A stretch of 64,000 bases of DNA from Paraspadella gotoi (Eukaryota; Animalia; Chaetognatha). The notes beneath the pieces were generated by a model, which had not been told where the DNA came from, did not search any database, and saw nothing but the letters and a program-made list of their open reading frames with translations. The DNA is taken from the NCBI GenBank assembly GCA_051294375.1, contig CM119267.1, forward strand, positions 19,442,709 to 19,506,708, read 5' to 3'. This document shows, one piece after another, positions 12,901 through 24,830 of this stretch. Within the stretch, counting starts at the first letter, position 1. Every line of letters begins with the position of its first letter. The position numbers were made by a program, and so were the translations under genes.

Positions 12901-14028
12901 AGTTGATCAAGCCTGTGGTGAGGATGTGACGGGGGGAGCAAGGATGTAAGATTTTGGAAACGTTTTGGTTATTTTCAAATAAATTAATAAAGGTTTAACT
13001 AGTATGCCATGAAAAAATCAATCTAAAATTCAATTAAAATAAAAATGCTTTGCTTTTTTGTTTTTCTGTTTTGTTNNNNNNNNNNNNNNNNNNNNNNNNN
13101 NNNNNNNNNNNNNNNNNNNNNNNNNNNNNNNNNNNNNNNNNNNNNNNNNNNNNNNNNNNNNNNNNNNNNNNNNNNNNNNNNNNNNNNNNNNNNNNNNNNN
13201 NNNNNNNNNNNNNNNNNNNNNNNNNNNNNNAATCGATAATATTACAACAAAAATATGTATAATACTACGTGAATCGTCGTCACCTAATGAATACGCGGCG
13301 AATCTAAAGTCTCCGTCCCAAACTCCCCCTCTGTCCCCGACAGTCCATTCCCAGTGACACCAGTTCAAGATGATCATCGAGAGGGCGTCCTTATTTGGCG
13401 GCGTTTTTCCGAAGATGAAGTCGTCGTCGTCCGACCAGCCATAAACCTTCGCGTACGATCTCACCTTGAGGAGCTCTTCCTCGATGCTGCAGTTGGAGAT
13501 GGCCGGAAGTCCGAACGCCTGATAAAGCGGGCGTTTAATTTTGCTAAGTATTACTTTCGCCGACCGCGGTTTGGGCGGATTTTGAAAAACCACTTAAAAA
13601 TACTTATTTCTTTAAAAAAAAATTTTAAAAAAATTAACCCAATTACCCTAACCCTAAACGCTCTTAACCCTAACCACCACTAACCCTAAACCATCCCTAA
13701 ACCACCCTTAACCCTAACCCCGGTCGGCGAAAGTTAAAAGTAACCCAAAATATTTATAAGTACTAGCTCATGTTCGAACATCTTAATGTGTATTTTCAAC
13801 TAATGACGACGAAACACTCGCCTTGTCAAATTCGAGGAAAACGTTGAAGACCGACTTGCCGTCTTTGATCCAGCGGAGAACATCGATAGCTTCGAACCGG
13901 GCGCCGCCATCTTTAGAATCGAGAATCACGGAGAGAGGGTAACGTCCGGGACCTGGTATTGGCGGGAGGCTTGGGGTGGAAAGGGTAGGGAGAAGGAGGA
14001 GGAAGAGGAAATGGAGGAATCGACCCAT
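9928..14028 (-). CDS. Uncharacterised signal-peptide plus multi-pass membrane protein, 912 aa; exons 14028-13822, 13518-13284, 12912-12644, 12308-12102, 11902-10429, 10274-9928
   Basis: Six exons join in one frame (2739 nt, stop-free). N-terminal signal peptide MGRFLHFLFLLLLPTLSTP, ~290-aa ectodomain with N-glycosylation sequons (NCS, NKT, NDS, NFS, NET), then many hydrophobic helices and GLPYIPRKLY near the C-terminus. Confidence 0.8.
13552..13736. mobile_element. MITE (~185 bp) with ~24-bp imperfect TIRs and internal degenerate (CCCTAA)n repeats, in intron 1 of the membrane protein gene (copies at ~23003-23192 and ~32939-33126)
   Basis: Left end tactttcgccgaccgcggtttggg; the reverse complement of the right end is taactttcgccgaccggggttaggg. 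Possible TA target duplication. Confidence 0.7.
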
Positions 14029-14518
14029 TCCTTGCTTGGCGGGAAAATATCGGTCGGATAAAATCTTTCGGGTAAAACTGAAAGTTAAAAATAAATAACG
14101 ATTAAAAGAAAAGAAAAGAATCAAAATTGATAAGTGGGGAAATTTGAAAAGCATTTTCAAAAAAATGAATCAAATCCACAACCCAAGCTCCGTTTTGAAA
14201 TATAATCTGCGAATTTCTGAATAAATCGAAGAAGTTCAACTATAATGATTCAATTTTAGCGTTCAACAAAGATACCGATTTTTTTCTAGGAACTTCAGCT
14301 AAACGAGTTGGGCTCGCACTAATGAGAAAAATTTCATTGCTCTTTTGTTTGTTTGCCCCTTAGTTTTTTGTTTTTTTTTTCTTTTTGTTGTGATTTTTTT
14401 TTACTGGTTTTTTTTTCCAGCGGCTTACCCGCGAATCGAATCACGTATGGCGCCCGAAAATGGGGCGGATTAAATTTTTTTTCACGCTATCGCGAGCACG
14501 TCGCAGGGTTTGCAACTG

Positions 14519-14558
<40 letters not shown>

Positions 14559-14976
14559 AGTCGGCAGATTTTTTTTTCTTCGGCGGACTCATGTGTGACG
14601 CAGATTCTGCTCCTGAGAAACCTTACCCTTTCCCATCCCCTCTTGAACCCCCGGACTTTCTCTCGACTCAAAAAAACTCACCTCGTCCGCCTTATTCCTT
14701 CTTCCCTTACCTCACCCGAACCAACCTTAACTTATCCCTCCCTCTCCGTCTCTCCTTTCTTAGATTATTCATGCTCGAGTAAGTTACACGCGAGAACAGG
14801 CGCGTGCGTACACGCAGTACACGCACTCGAGGGAGGCGAGAGGAAAAAGAATGTTCCCCCCCTTTCTCTATTTTTTTCCTTCCATTAATTCCTTCCCTTC
14901 ACCTTTGGCGATTTCCGTCTGCGACCCACCCTCTAGGGAACCCCACCATGCTGTCTCCTCTCTCTCTCTTCCTCTC

Positions 14977-15011
<35 letters not shown>

Positions 15012-17430
15012 CTCTCTTACTCTCTCTCTCTCTCTCGCCCTCGTTTCTTTATTACCCAGAAAAATATAAATTCATTCTTGGTCTCTCTTTCCTTTTTCTA
15101 TCTTTCTATCTCGCTAACTTACATACCCGTTACTCAAAAACATAAATTAATTCTCAGCGTGGTTACTCTCTCTCTCTCTGCTTCTCTCTCACTCTATCTC
15201 TCTCACACTCTCAGAGAATCATCGATCAGTTCCCGACCCGCCCCCTGCATGTATCTCCCACTTACCCGGCTTTCTCAGGAAAAGGACTTGCGTTTTGCAC
15301 AGTTGGCTTGGTTTTTTTTTCTCTCTCTCTCTACCTCAAGAGGAAGTGAAATGCGCGTTGGACTGGCGAGATTACGGATGTTCGAAGGACGAAAACGTTG
15401 GATTGTTCGAAAAAGTCGTTTGCGAAAATTCGAGAGGATTGCAAAAGTTGTTCTTATTTTGCAGGGCGGGATAAGCTATTAAGTACTGGTAAAAAAAATC
15501 TAACTATTGTATGGTATGAAGTGGCAAAGGAATGACAAATTTTTAAAAATAGGAGACGGAAGGACAAAGATTCATTTTCAGTGGCATTCGATTCCAAATC
15601 GACTCGTCATGTTTCTACTCAAAAAGAAACATTTCTGACGATGCGAAGAAACCACACCGCCATTTGAAGGTTTGCGCACAAGTTCGTGCAAATCATGATG
15701 CTTGCTTATAGAATTTCACGCATTTCCGCAGACCAAAATTGAAAAGACGGGGTACGGTGGACTAAAGTCATTTCGCCTCCCAACCCAAAGGTTCCCGGAG
15801 TTCTAGCCCGCGTTGGTCACCTAGCAGTTATGAGGGACGGGCGCTTAACCCGCTGTTAAAACGGTGTTACAGCCTGATCCGAATCTCAGGGACTGCCTTA
15901 TGCTTATATCGCAACGGCTTCAGTAATAACATTTAACAATTATGACCGTCTCTTACAGGGGTGAACAGAGAAAAGGGAATCCCAGTCGGGGGGAAAACAG
16001 AGGTGCCCAGAGGTTTTTTAATTGTGGCGCGAAGGTTCGACTCCTTTTAGCGCGAAAGAAACTTCGCGAAAATTCCAGAAGAGACTCGAATAAAAGCAGC
16101 AAAAAAATTATGCGTAAAGGAAGGGAGAGGGCAGGGCTTAATCTTACTTTCACCGACAAGAGTAAGGGGGTTTAAAAGGTAAGGACTGGTTTAAGAAGGT
16201 GGTTTAAAATTAAAGCGAGTTTGGATGGTTAAGATTAAGATATTGAAGTATTAATTTTTTACTTTTTTAAGATCAAATATTTTTATAAATTATTCATAAA
16301 AATGAGTAATTAGTTAACCTAGAGCCACGAAGAAAGAGAGAGAGCAGAGCCATCTGATCGCTTCCTACAGTCATCAGCAAATGGCATCCGGGTAAGCGGT
16401 GCATCTGACGAAAAGTCTCACTGTCTCATTTTCGCCGCAGGCCGCCGGCCGCCGAAGCATTTTAAAATATTCCTCGAATATTATTATCCTTTTGCTCTCT
16501 TTCAGAATCGACTTTTTTAAGTCGCGCCAGATTTCTCATTCCGAATCGCCTCATCTACCTTACCTTCTTCCCGCCCACTTCACCCCACCCTTCTCTCACC
16601 GCTACCCTAATTCACCCACTGGGCACCGATCGCTACCTTTCCGAGTTTGAGCGGCGTGGTGCGGCTGCGGCTGCGCGGCGGACGGCAGTCTCGAAAATCC
16701 TTTCCACTCAGAGTCAATCTTCTCTCTTTTCGGCGAGAGTAGGAGTCACTGAGAACATTTTTGACAAATTAAAGACTCTCTCAGACTTTCTTGATTTCGC
16801 GTGCGGTGCGGGTGAGGTTTAGGGGGTAGTGTTAGGGCCAGGTTAAGTTTGGGCAGCGGCCCGCTTCAGGCGACGGACGTTGTCGAAACAATTTTAAAAA
16901 TCATATTTTTATAATTAGCCATTTAAAATTTTTTCATATTTTAGGTTTTATTTACGCCAGATCATTCTAAGCTCGTAAAAAATATCTGCCGTCGAAATAA
17001 ACCAAGGTTCGGACATAACCCGGTCGTGTGCCGCCATCACCGTCGGAAATTATTCCTACGTCTCAACGACTTTAAGAGACAGGCGCGCGCAAGGGAGAGG
17101 GGGCCAGGCCAATCTTTAATTTACTTCCGAATTTTCGTTCTCATTACGGCCGAAACCCGATTTCAATTCACAAAAATACGACTTAATTGCAATGCGCCCT
17201 AGAACCTCGCCATAAAACTTTTCTATTCCGTGGTTTCGGATTATCCGTCCAATTCAACTTCGATAATAATCGTGAGGTCTCTGACTCTCATGCATACATT
17301 GAAAGATCTGCATAATTTTTTTGAAATGTTTGATTTATTTGATTTACGTATGACATCATCCAGACTAATCGGGAATAGGCAACTTTAAAACCCTAATTTA
17401 ATTTGTAGGATTCTCGTCATCGCGACTTAA

Positions 17431-18329
17431 GGGACCTAGTGATAAAATGATATCATAAAGCTTAAAGGTTCTTATCATCAAAGGAATTTGAAATGGTGAT
17501 AGTCATAATTTTTCTTTGCACGGCGAAAGTAGCCCAAAAAAATTCTTATCTTTTATATGGTAGCAGAAACAAAAATTTACATAATTATGAAAAAAAAATT
17601 TAGTTGACCCTACTTAAACTATTTATATAATCTATTTATTTTATTTTTACATTAGAAAATATTTTTTACTTTAAATTCTAATTTTTTATTTTTTACTGTA
17701 CAAAGCTACAATTTTAGCGTTAAGCCTCAATGAAACAAAGGCTTTACAAGACTAATATTTTATATTTATTTAAAGCAGACAAATCAAACCTAAAATTCTA
17801 ATTCTTACAGAAACAAAACTGCTAATAATTATTAAATTAATATTCATATCATCCCTTAAATGTATTATTAAACTATATTGATTTCCTAATTTAATAACAA
17901 ATTAAAAATTTAATAAAATACATCCATCTTTTTCTTTTTATATTATATATTCTATTCAAAGAGTTTTATTTTATCCATATTAACAGAATCATTTGGAAAA
18001 AAAGTAAATTAAAATCAGTCGATACCTTAAATTTTGAATTTCATTCCTATTTTTTTTTCTTATAAAATTTTGGCATAAAAGCTGAAAATTTTTTAAAATT
18101 ATATTACCCTTATTTTTAAAAAAAAAAAAATTTAAACTTGAAAAAGATTTTCTTCTTACCCATTTTTTTAAAGAAAATTAAGCTCGCTGATTTATACTTT
18201 TCGAATTTTTTAACTACTTTCCCAAATGATTTATTAGAAAAAAAAAATTATTATGGTCAAAAACCAGCTTAAGTTAAAGGGTTCAAACGTTGTTTTTCAG
18301 CTTTTTACCCCCCCTGTTCACTTGGTCCC
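17431..18329. mobile_element. Non-autonomous TIR DNA transposon (Kolobok-like), 899 bp, TTAA target-site duplication
   Basis: TTAA at 17427-17430 and 18330-18333. Left TIR gggacctagtga and right TIR tcacttggtccc match at 11/12 positions. Absent at the homologous site in copy 1 (~9392). Confidence 0.82.
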
Positions 18330-18373
18330 TTAATACTCAATCTCAATACTAAAAAATCAATAAATAATAAATA

Positions 18374-18422
<49 letters not shown>

Positions 18423-19371
18423 AATAATCAATAAATCTCAATACTAAAAATAATAATAGTAATAATGATAAAAATAATAATAGCTATCATTAACGATAAG
18501 AATAATAATAAATAGGAATAAGGGTAATTCCAATAATTTAATCTGATATTGCCTTTCTATTTATGTCAGTTAAAAAAAAAAATTGACAAGTTTCTGTCTA
18601 TGACTTTTAAAAAAAAGGAAGAGGCAATGGCCTAGTATAAAATGTTAAGTACCATAATGATTAGCATTTACTTTTTTTTTCATTTGCCAAGTTTCTGTCT
18701 ATGACTAAAAAAAAAAAATGGCAAATGGCCTAGTGTAATGATAATATTCCTTCATGATTTTACATGAATATATTAATACTTTTTCCAATTTGCATGTCCG
18801 CAATGATCCTTAATTGTTTGAATTTTTATTTAATGCCATTAGTGCAATTTTTCTTGCTCAATACTCATCGTTTCAATTTTAATCTTCTTATTGTCTTAAT
18901 TGTCAAATTGTCTCTTTTATTTCAGAAAAAAAAAAAAAAATAAATTTATGAAATTGATACAACCAATATTAAAATTATTAATGAATAAGCTATTCTGCCC
19001 CCGACTTGGGCTAGCTTAGTTTGTATTAAGGCCTCCATCACTGACAAGAAAAATGACATAGCAGGTCCCTATGAGCTTTCAATAAAGTTTATTTACTCCC
19101 AGAGTACCTTGCTTCCAGATCAAGTGGTATTAATATTTCAAAAAATGATTCAAACTGTACCAACTTTTTATAATATTTCTGTTAGCCAATCAGAATTATT
19201 TGTTCAAGATATAAAAAAACGAACGAATCAAACGATAAAAAAATGTTTTAATTTAAAATGAGAAATAAAAAATTATGATTATGCAGCGGTAATATTAGGT
19301 ATAAAAAATCCATTCATTAGGAAACAATGAAGAGAATAATATTTATAGATAAAATTGAATCAATATAAATA

Positions 19372-22300
19372 TCAAAGATTTCTTCACTCCATTCCGTTCG
19401 GACTTATCCGAGATTTCAAAGTTGTAATAAGAACCGAATTTCTCCCTCAGAAATTGCTCGACAGCGCCTGGAACGCGGTAGCCGGCTGGCGATTCCTGAG
19501 GGCGATTTGCTGCGCTGATTTTGGAGGTTTGCCAGGCCGTGGGCAAGACGACCACGTATGAGGTGACGATGGCCTGGGCCGAGTCGAATGACAGATCGTC
19601 GCTACGACCAGAATTTAGGGTGTCGAGAATGTGTACATGTAGCCTGGCAAAGGCGGCCACTATGCCCAACTTTACGAAGCACCTTGGCGCGTTCATACCC
19701 AATGGGAAAAGATTTCACGGACAATGTCTGTAACAAGGAACAAAGGGGGCAAGTTCGTAATACTGATAAGTCAAAAAGAGTTACAATTATAAGCAAATGG
19801 ACCTATGAAACCCGTCACCTTTTGCTCAAAAAACATCATTGTGCACTTATGAACCAAGAATTTTATTCTTCGATTTTCTGTAATTTACCTTTGTAACAGC
19901 TTGCGCGGAATGTAAGCAGTCCCTCCCTGCAGTGCCACAAAAGCACCGGTTCAAATAGATCCCTTTGTGACGTAGACTCTCGGAATCCCTGGTCAAGGAA
20001 GCCCGGACCTCTTCAGCCACTTGTCCCTTTGCTCTTTGACATTGTGCGATCGATCCAAATGGATCTGCGTCGCGACTTCAAAAATGATCAACTTCAAGCA
20101 GATGTACTTGTCGTGCACCGCCCTCGCAGAGCGCGTAGAGGAAGCCATGACGCCTCCCACCAATCCGACCCAACTCAAGGCCTCCTTGTAGTGCAGCATG
20201 GGTCCGCGGAAATGTGCCAGACAAAGAAACGATCATAGATGATCAGCGTTTCCATAAGCAGATAACCGATGATTAGGCACGTAAAATATCCACCCAACAA
20301 CTGGCTGCTAACGGTATAATCACTAAGCGACAAAATCCACTGGAGCAAATAACTCTCTCTCTACGCAACAATCTTCCGTACATGTTCCAGGCAAAATTGG
20401 CGCAAAACGGAAGCATACTTAATAATGCCGGGCGAGAAGAGAAAGAGACGAATAAGACAATAACCAGCCGGGAGCGTAGCTCTGTCTTCATAAAGCTTCT
20501 CTAATACGAATTTCCAAAACGGACCCGTTTTAAAGAGCAAACCAAACGGATCTCATGCCGCAAAGACTCTGGTTCAGTCCGTTCAGGTCCTTGAGGCTGG
20601 AGGGCCACGGAGTTTGTTGTCGATCTCGTAAGGTGCCAACAATAGGGTGTAGGGTTAAAATGCCTCGATGCATATTTCAGAGACTTTAGGTACAGGAAAT
20701 TATAAATAGGTTTGATCAACCAAAGAATGAGGAGTGTTAGGTAGATATCTATTTCGGTATGCAATCCGTTCCAGTAGGTTGTAGGTCCTTCACCTCGACC
20801 TAAGAAGGCTCTGGTGAAATTTTGCGCCTTTTGAGACAATTGGTGTTTTGAGTGTATCGATCTAAGATGGCCATGATGATGGTGGCATGAAGCGAACACC
20901 ACGGCAGCAAAGACAAAGCGACAGAGTTATTTTGCGCAAAACCGGCGAACCAGCTGGTCGCTAAGCCGAAGAGAAAAGAACCAAAACCGGAGTCGAGTCG
21001 TCAAGAGCCACGAATACGAGGCTGCGACATATCGTCCTCCGTCCAGGGTATCCGCATTCCCGGAGTTGTCGCGATTGAAGCAGCCAGAACAAGGTTGGAT
21101 AAATCAGCTAGACGGCGTAATCGGGGCCGTTTGAGGGCACGGGGACGGAGAGAGTATTCTTGGCCGCCGCTCGATGGGCGTGGGATCGGCGCGTCTGGTG
21201 GCAGCGCTGGCTGCGGCGCCCGTCTTCGCCTGCTTTCTTCCAAGGCGGCGCTGCGGTTCGTTTTGGAGTTTCGAAGTCGAGCGGCGTGGGAATCATGGTG
21301 CTGGCGGAGCGGTAACCCGAAGCGGCTTCGGTTTTGGGACAGAGTTTCGAATGAGGATCACCGGGCAGGAAAGAACGAGGGTCAGGAAGAAGATGAACCA
21401 CTGGGGTTAGGAAGAAATTGTAAAATTGAAACAATTTGTAAAACTTTAATAATTGCATTGCCTTTTCTTCTGTTCTCATCCTCGGATATTTTTACAGCAA
21501 TTTTTCACAGAGAACGCCGTGCATGCGTTACACCGTTCTTTAAAATTTCTGTAACATTTGCTTCATAAAACCGATTCCACCTACCGATTCTGGCCGATTC
21601 TAACCTTGATTTCCCAAGACCGCGTTGCTTTAAAAACGTCCCAAGCCTCGGAGACTTCCGGCGGTGGCTCTCAAGTCTTGCAGCGGTTGGCGACCGTCAC
21701 GCAGATGCTCCGACTTCGTAGGTCGACCGCGGGACGTTGTCCACGTCGCGTCTCGTTGTAGGGCGAGGAAAAGTTGTCGGCCGGCGTGAGCGCGGAAACA
21801 GAGTTTGCTGTCGTTCTGCGGGAGAATAAAACTTGTAGAGTGTGGAGCGTTCTAATTTTTGGAGCATTATTTTTTTTTAATTCTAAAATTTTTTGCTTAC
21901 TTTTAAAGAATTTTGATTTTTATCTTCATTTTTTTAAATTAAAAAAAAAATGTTTTCTTTAAATTTGTAAATGTTCCATTAATTTTTTATCAGATCATTA
22001 AAACTGACCATAATATTATACAATATCATTAAAATTGCTGTTTTTCTATATCAGTAGAATTATATTACTTGTTTTTGTTTAAGCGTCGTTTTAACGGTAT
22101 CAAAAATCTAATCAGAATACCTAGAAAACACAGTGTTCCTTATTCTTTCTTAGTCTGACTTTCAATTGTCTCAAATTGGCCCAAAATCCTATCATCCCCT
22201 TCTACCTTCAGCCCCTTCGTCACGACATCGCCAGTCTTATTTGTTACTCCATCCTCCTGTCCTGCAGACTCTGATCGGCGAGGCCGTCGACGGCCCACTT

Positions 22301-23491
22301 GAACGCCGTCGACGCATCTCTTGCAGCTTCAGAGGCAGAGAGAGACGGACAACTCTTCAGTCGTCGCGTGTCGATGGATTTGTCGAAGGAGACTGCGGGC
22401 GGGCTGATCGAAGCCTCGGCCAAGCTTGATCAAGCCTGTGTGTGAGGATGTGACGGGGGGAGCAAGGATGTAAAGATTTTGGAAACGTTTTGCGTTATTT
22501 TCAAATAAATTAATAAAGGTTTAAACTAGTATGCCATGAAAAAATCAATCTAAAATTCAATTAAAATAAAAATGCTTTGCTTTTTTGTTTTTCTGTTTTG
22601 CTTTGTTTTTTTTCTTTTATCCAAAATTATATATAAAATCCTTTTTACGAAAATTTTTTTTTTTTTTGATTCAATCTTTTTCGTAAATCGATAATATACA
22701 ACAAAAATATGTATAATACTACGTCGAATCGTCGTCACCTAATGAATACGCGGCGAATCTAAAGTCTCCGTCCCAAACTCCCCTCTGTCCCCGACAGTCC
22801 ATTCCAGTGACACCAGTTCAAGATGATCATCGAGAGGGCGTCCTTATTTGGCGGCGTTTTTCCGAAGATGAAGTCGTCGTCGTCCGACCAGCCATAAACC
22901 TTCGCGTACGATCTCACCTTGAGGAGCTCTTCCTCATGCTGCAGTTGGAGATGGCCGGAAGTCCGAACGCCTGATAAAGAGGGCGTTTAATTTTGCTAAT
23001 ATTACTTTCGCCGACCGCCCGCGTTTGGGCGGATTTTGAAAAACCCACTTAAAAATACTTATTTCTTTTTAAAAAAAAATTTTTTAAAAATTAACCGCAA
23101 TTACCCTAACCTAAACGCTCTTAACCCCTAACCACCACTAACCCTAAACATCCCTAAACACCCTTAACCCTAACCCCGGTCGGCGAAAAGTAAAAGTAAC
23201 CAAAATATTTATAAGTACTAGCTCATGCTTCGAACTCTTAATGTGTATTTTCAACTAATGGACGACCGAAACACTTCGCCTTGTCAAATTCGAGGGAAAA
23301 CGTTTGAAGACCGACTTGCCGTCTTTTGATCCAGCGGAGAGACATCGATAGCTTCGAACCGCGGCGCCGCCATCTTTCAGAATCGAGAATCACGGAGAGA
23401 GGGTAACGTCCGGGACCTGGAATTGCGGGAGGCTTGGGGTGGAAAGGGTAGGGAAGGAGGAGAAAGAGGAAATGGAAGGATCCCGACCCAT
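19372..23491 (-). pseudogene. Frameshifted second copy of the 912-aa membrane protein gene (probably uncorrected-read or haplotype artefact rather than a true pseudogene)
   Basis: Colinear with 9928-14028, with many 1-nt indels and few substitutions. ORF fragments such as MLHYKEALSWVGLVGGV are identical to copy 1. Confidence 0.6.
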
Positions 23492-23986
23492 TCCTTGCTT
23501 GGCGCGGAAAATATCGGTCGGATAAAATCTTTCGGGTAAAACTGAAAGTTAAAAATAAATAACAATTAAAAGAAAAGAAAAGAATCAAAATTGATAAGTT
23601 GGGGAAATTTGAAAAGCATTTTCAAAAAAATGAATCAAATCCACAACCCAAGCTTCGTTTTGAAAATATAATCTGCGAATTTCTGAATAAATCGAAGAAG
23701 TTCAACTTTATAATTGATTTCAATTTAGCGTTCAACAAAGATACCGATTTTTTTTCTACGAACTTTCAGCTAAACAGTTGGGCTCCACTAATGAGACAAG
23801 ATTTATTGCTCTTTTGTTTGTTTGCCCTTAGTTTTTTTGTTTTTTTTCTTTTGTTGTGATTTTTTTTTACTAGGTTTTTTTTTCCAGCCGGCTTACCCGC
23901 GAATCGAATCACTTATGGCGCCCGAAAATGGGGCGGATTAAATTTTTTTTTTCACGCTATCGCGAGACGTCGCGGTTGCAACTGAT

Positions 23987-24027
<41 letters not shown>

Positions 24028-24434
24028 AGTCCGGCAGATTTTTTTTTCTTCTGGCGGACTCATGTGTGACGCAGATTTCTGCCCTGAGAAACCTTACCCC
24101 TTTCCCATCCCCTCTTGAACCCGGACTTTCTCTCGACTCAAAAAAACTCAACCTCGTCCGCCTTACTTCCTTCTTCCCTTACCTCACCCGAACCAACCTT
24201 AACTTATCCCTCCCTCTCCGTCTCTCCTTTACTTAGCTCAATTATTCATGCTCGAGTAAGTTACACGCGAGAACAGGCGCGTGCGTACACGCAGTACCAC
24301 GCACTCGAGGGAGGCGAGAGGAAAAAGAATGTTCCCCCCCCCTTCTCTATTTTTTTCTTCCATTAATTCCTTCCCTTCACCTTTGCGATTTCCGTCTGCG
24401 ACCCACCCTCGAGGGAACCCCACCATGCTGTCTC

Positions 24435-24488
<54 letters not shown>

Positions 24489-24770
24489 CTCTCTACTCGC
24501 TCTCTCTCTTCGCCCTCGTTTTCCTTTAATTACCCAGAAAAATATAAATTCATTCTTGGTCTCTCTTCCTTTTTCTATCTTTCTATCTCCGCTAACTTAC
24601 ATACCCGTTACTCAAAAACATAAATTAATTCTCAGCGTGTTACTCTTCTTTCTCTGCTTCTCTCTCACTCTATCTCTCTCACACTCTCAGCAGAATCATC
24701 GATCAGTTCCCGAACCCGCCCCCTGCATGTATCATCCCACTACCCGGCTTTCTCAGCGAGATTTCTTCTT

Positions 24771-24830
<60 letters not shown>

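Noticed and set aside
13645-13720. Interstitial telomere or chromosome fusion relic
   Set aside because: Short, degenerate and enclosed by TIRs; better explained as MITE internal sequence.
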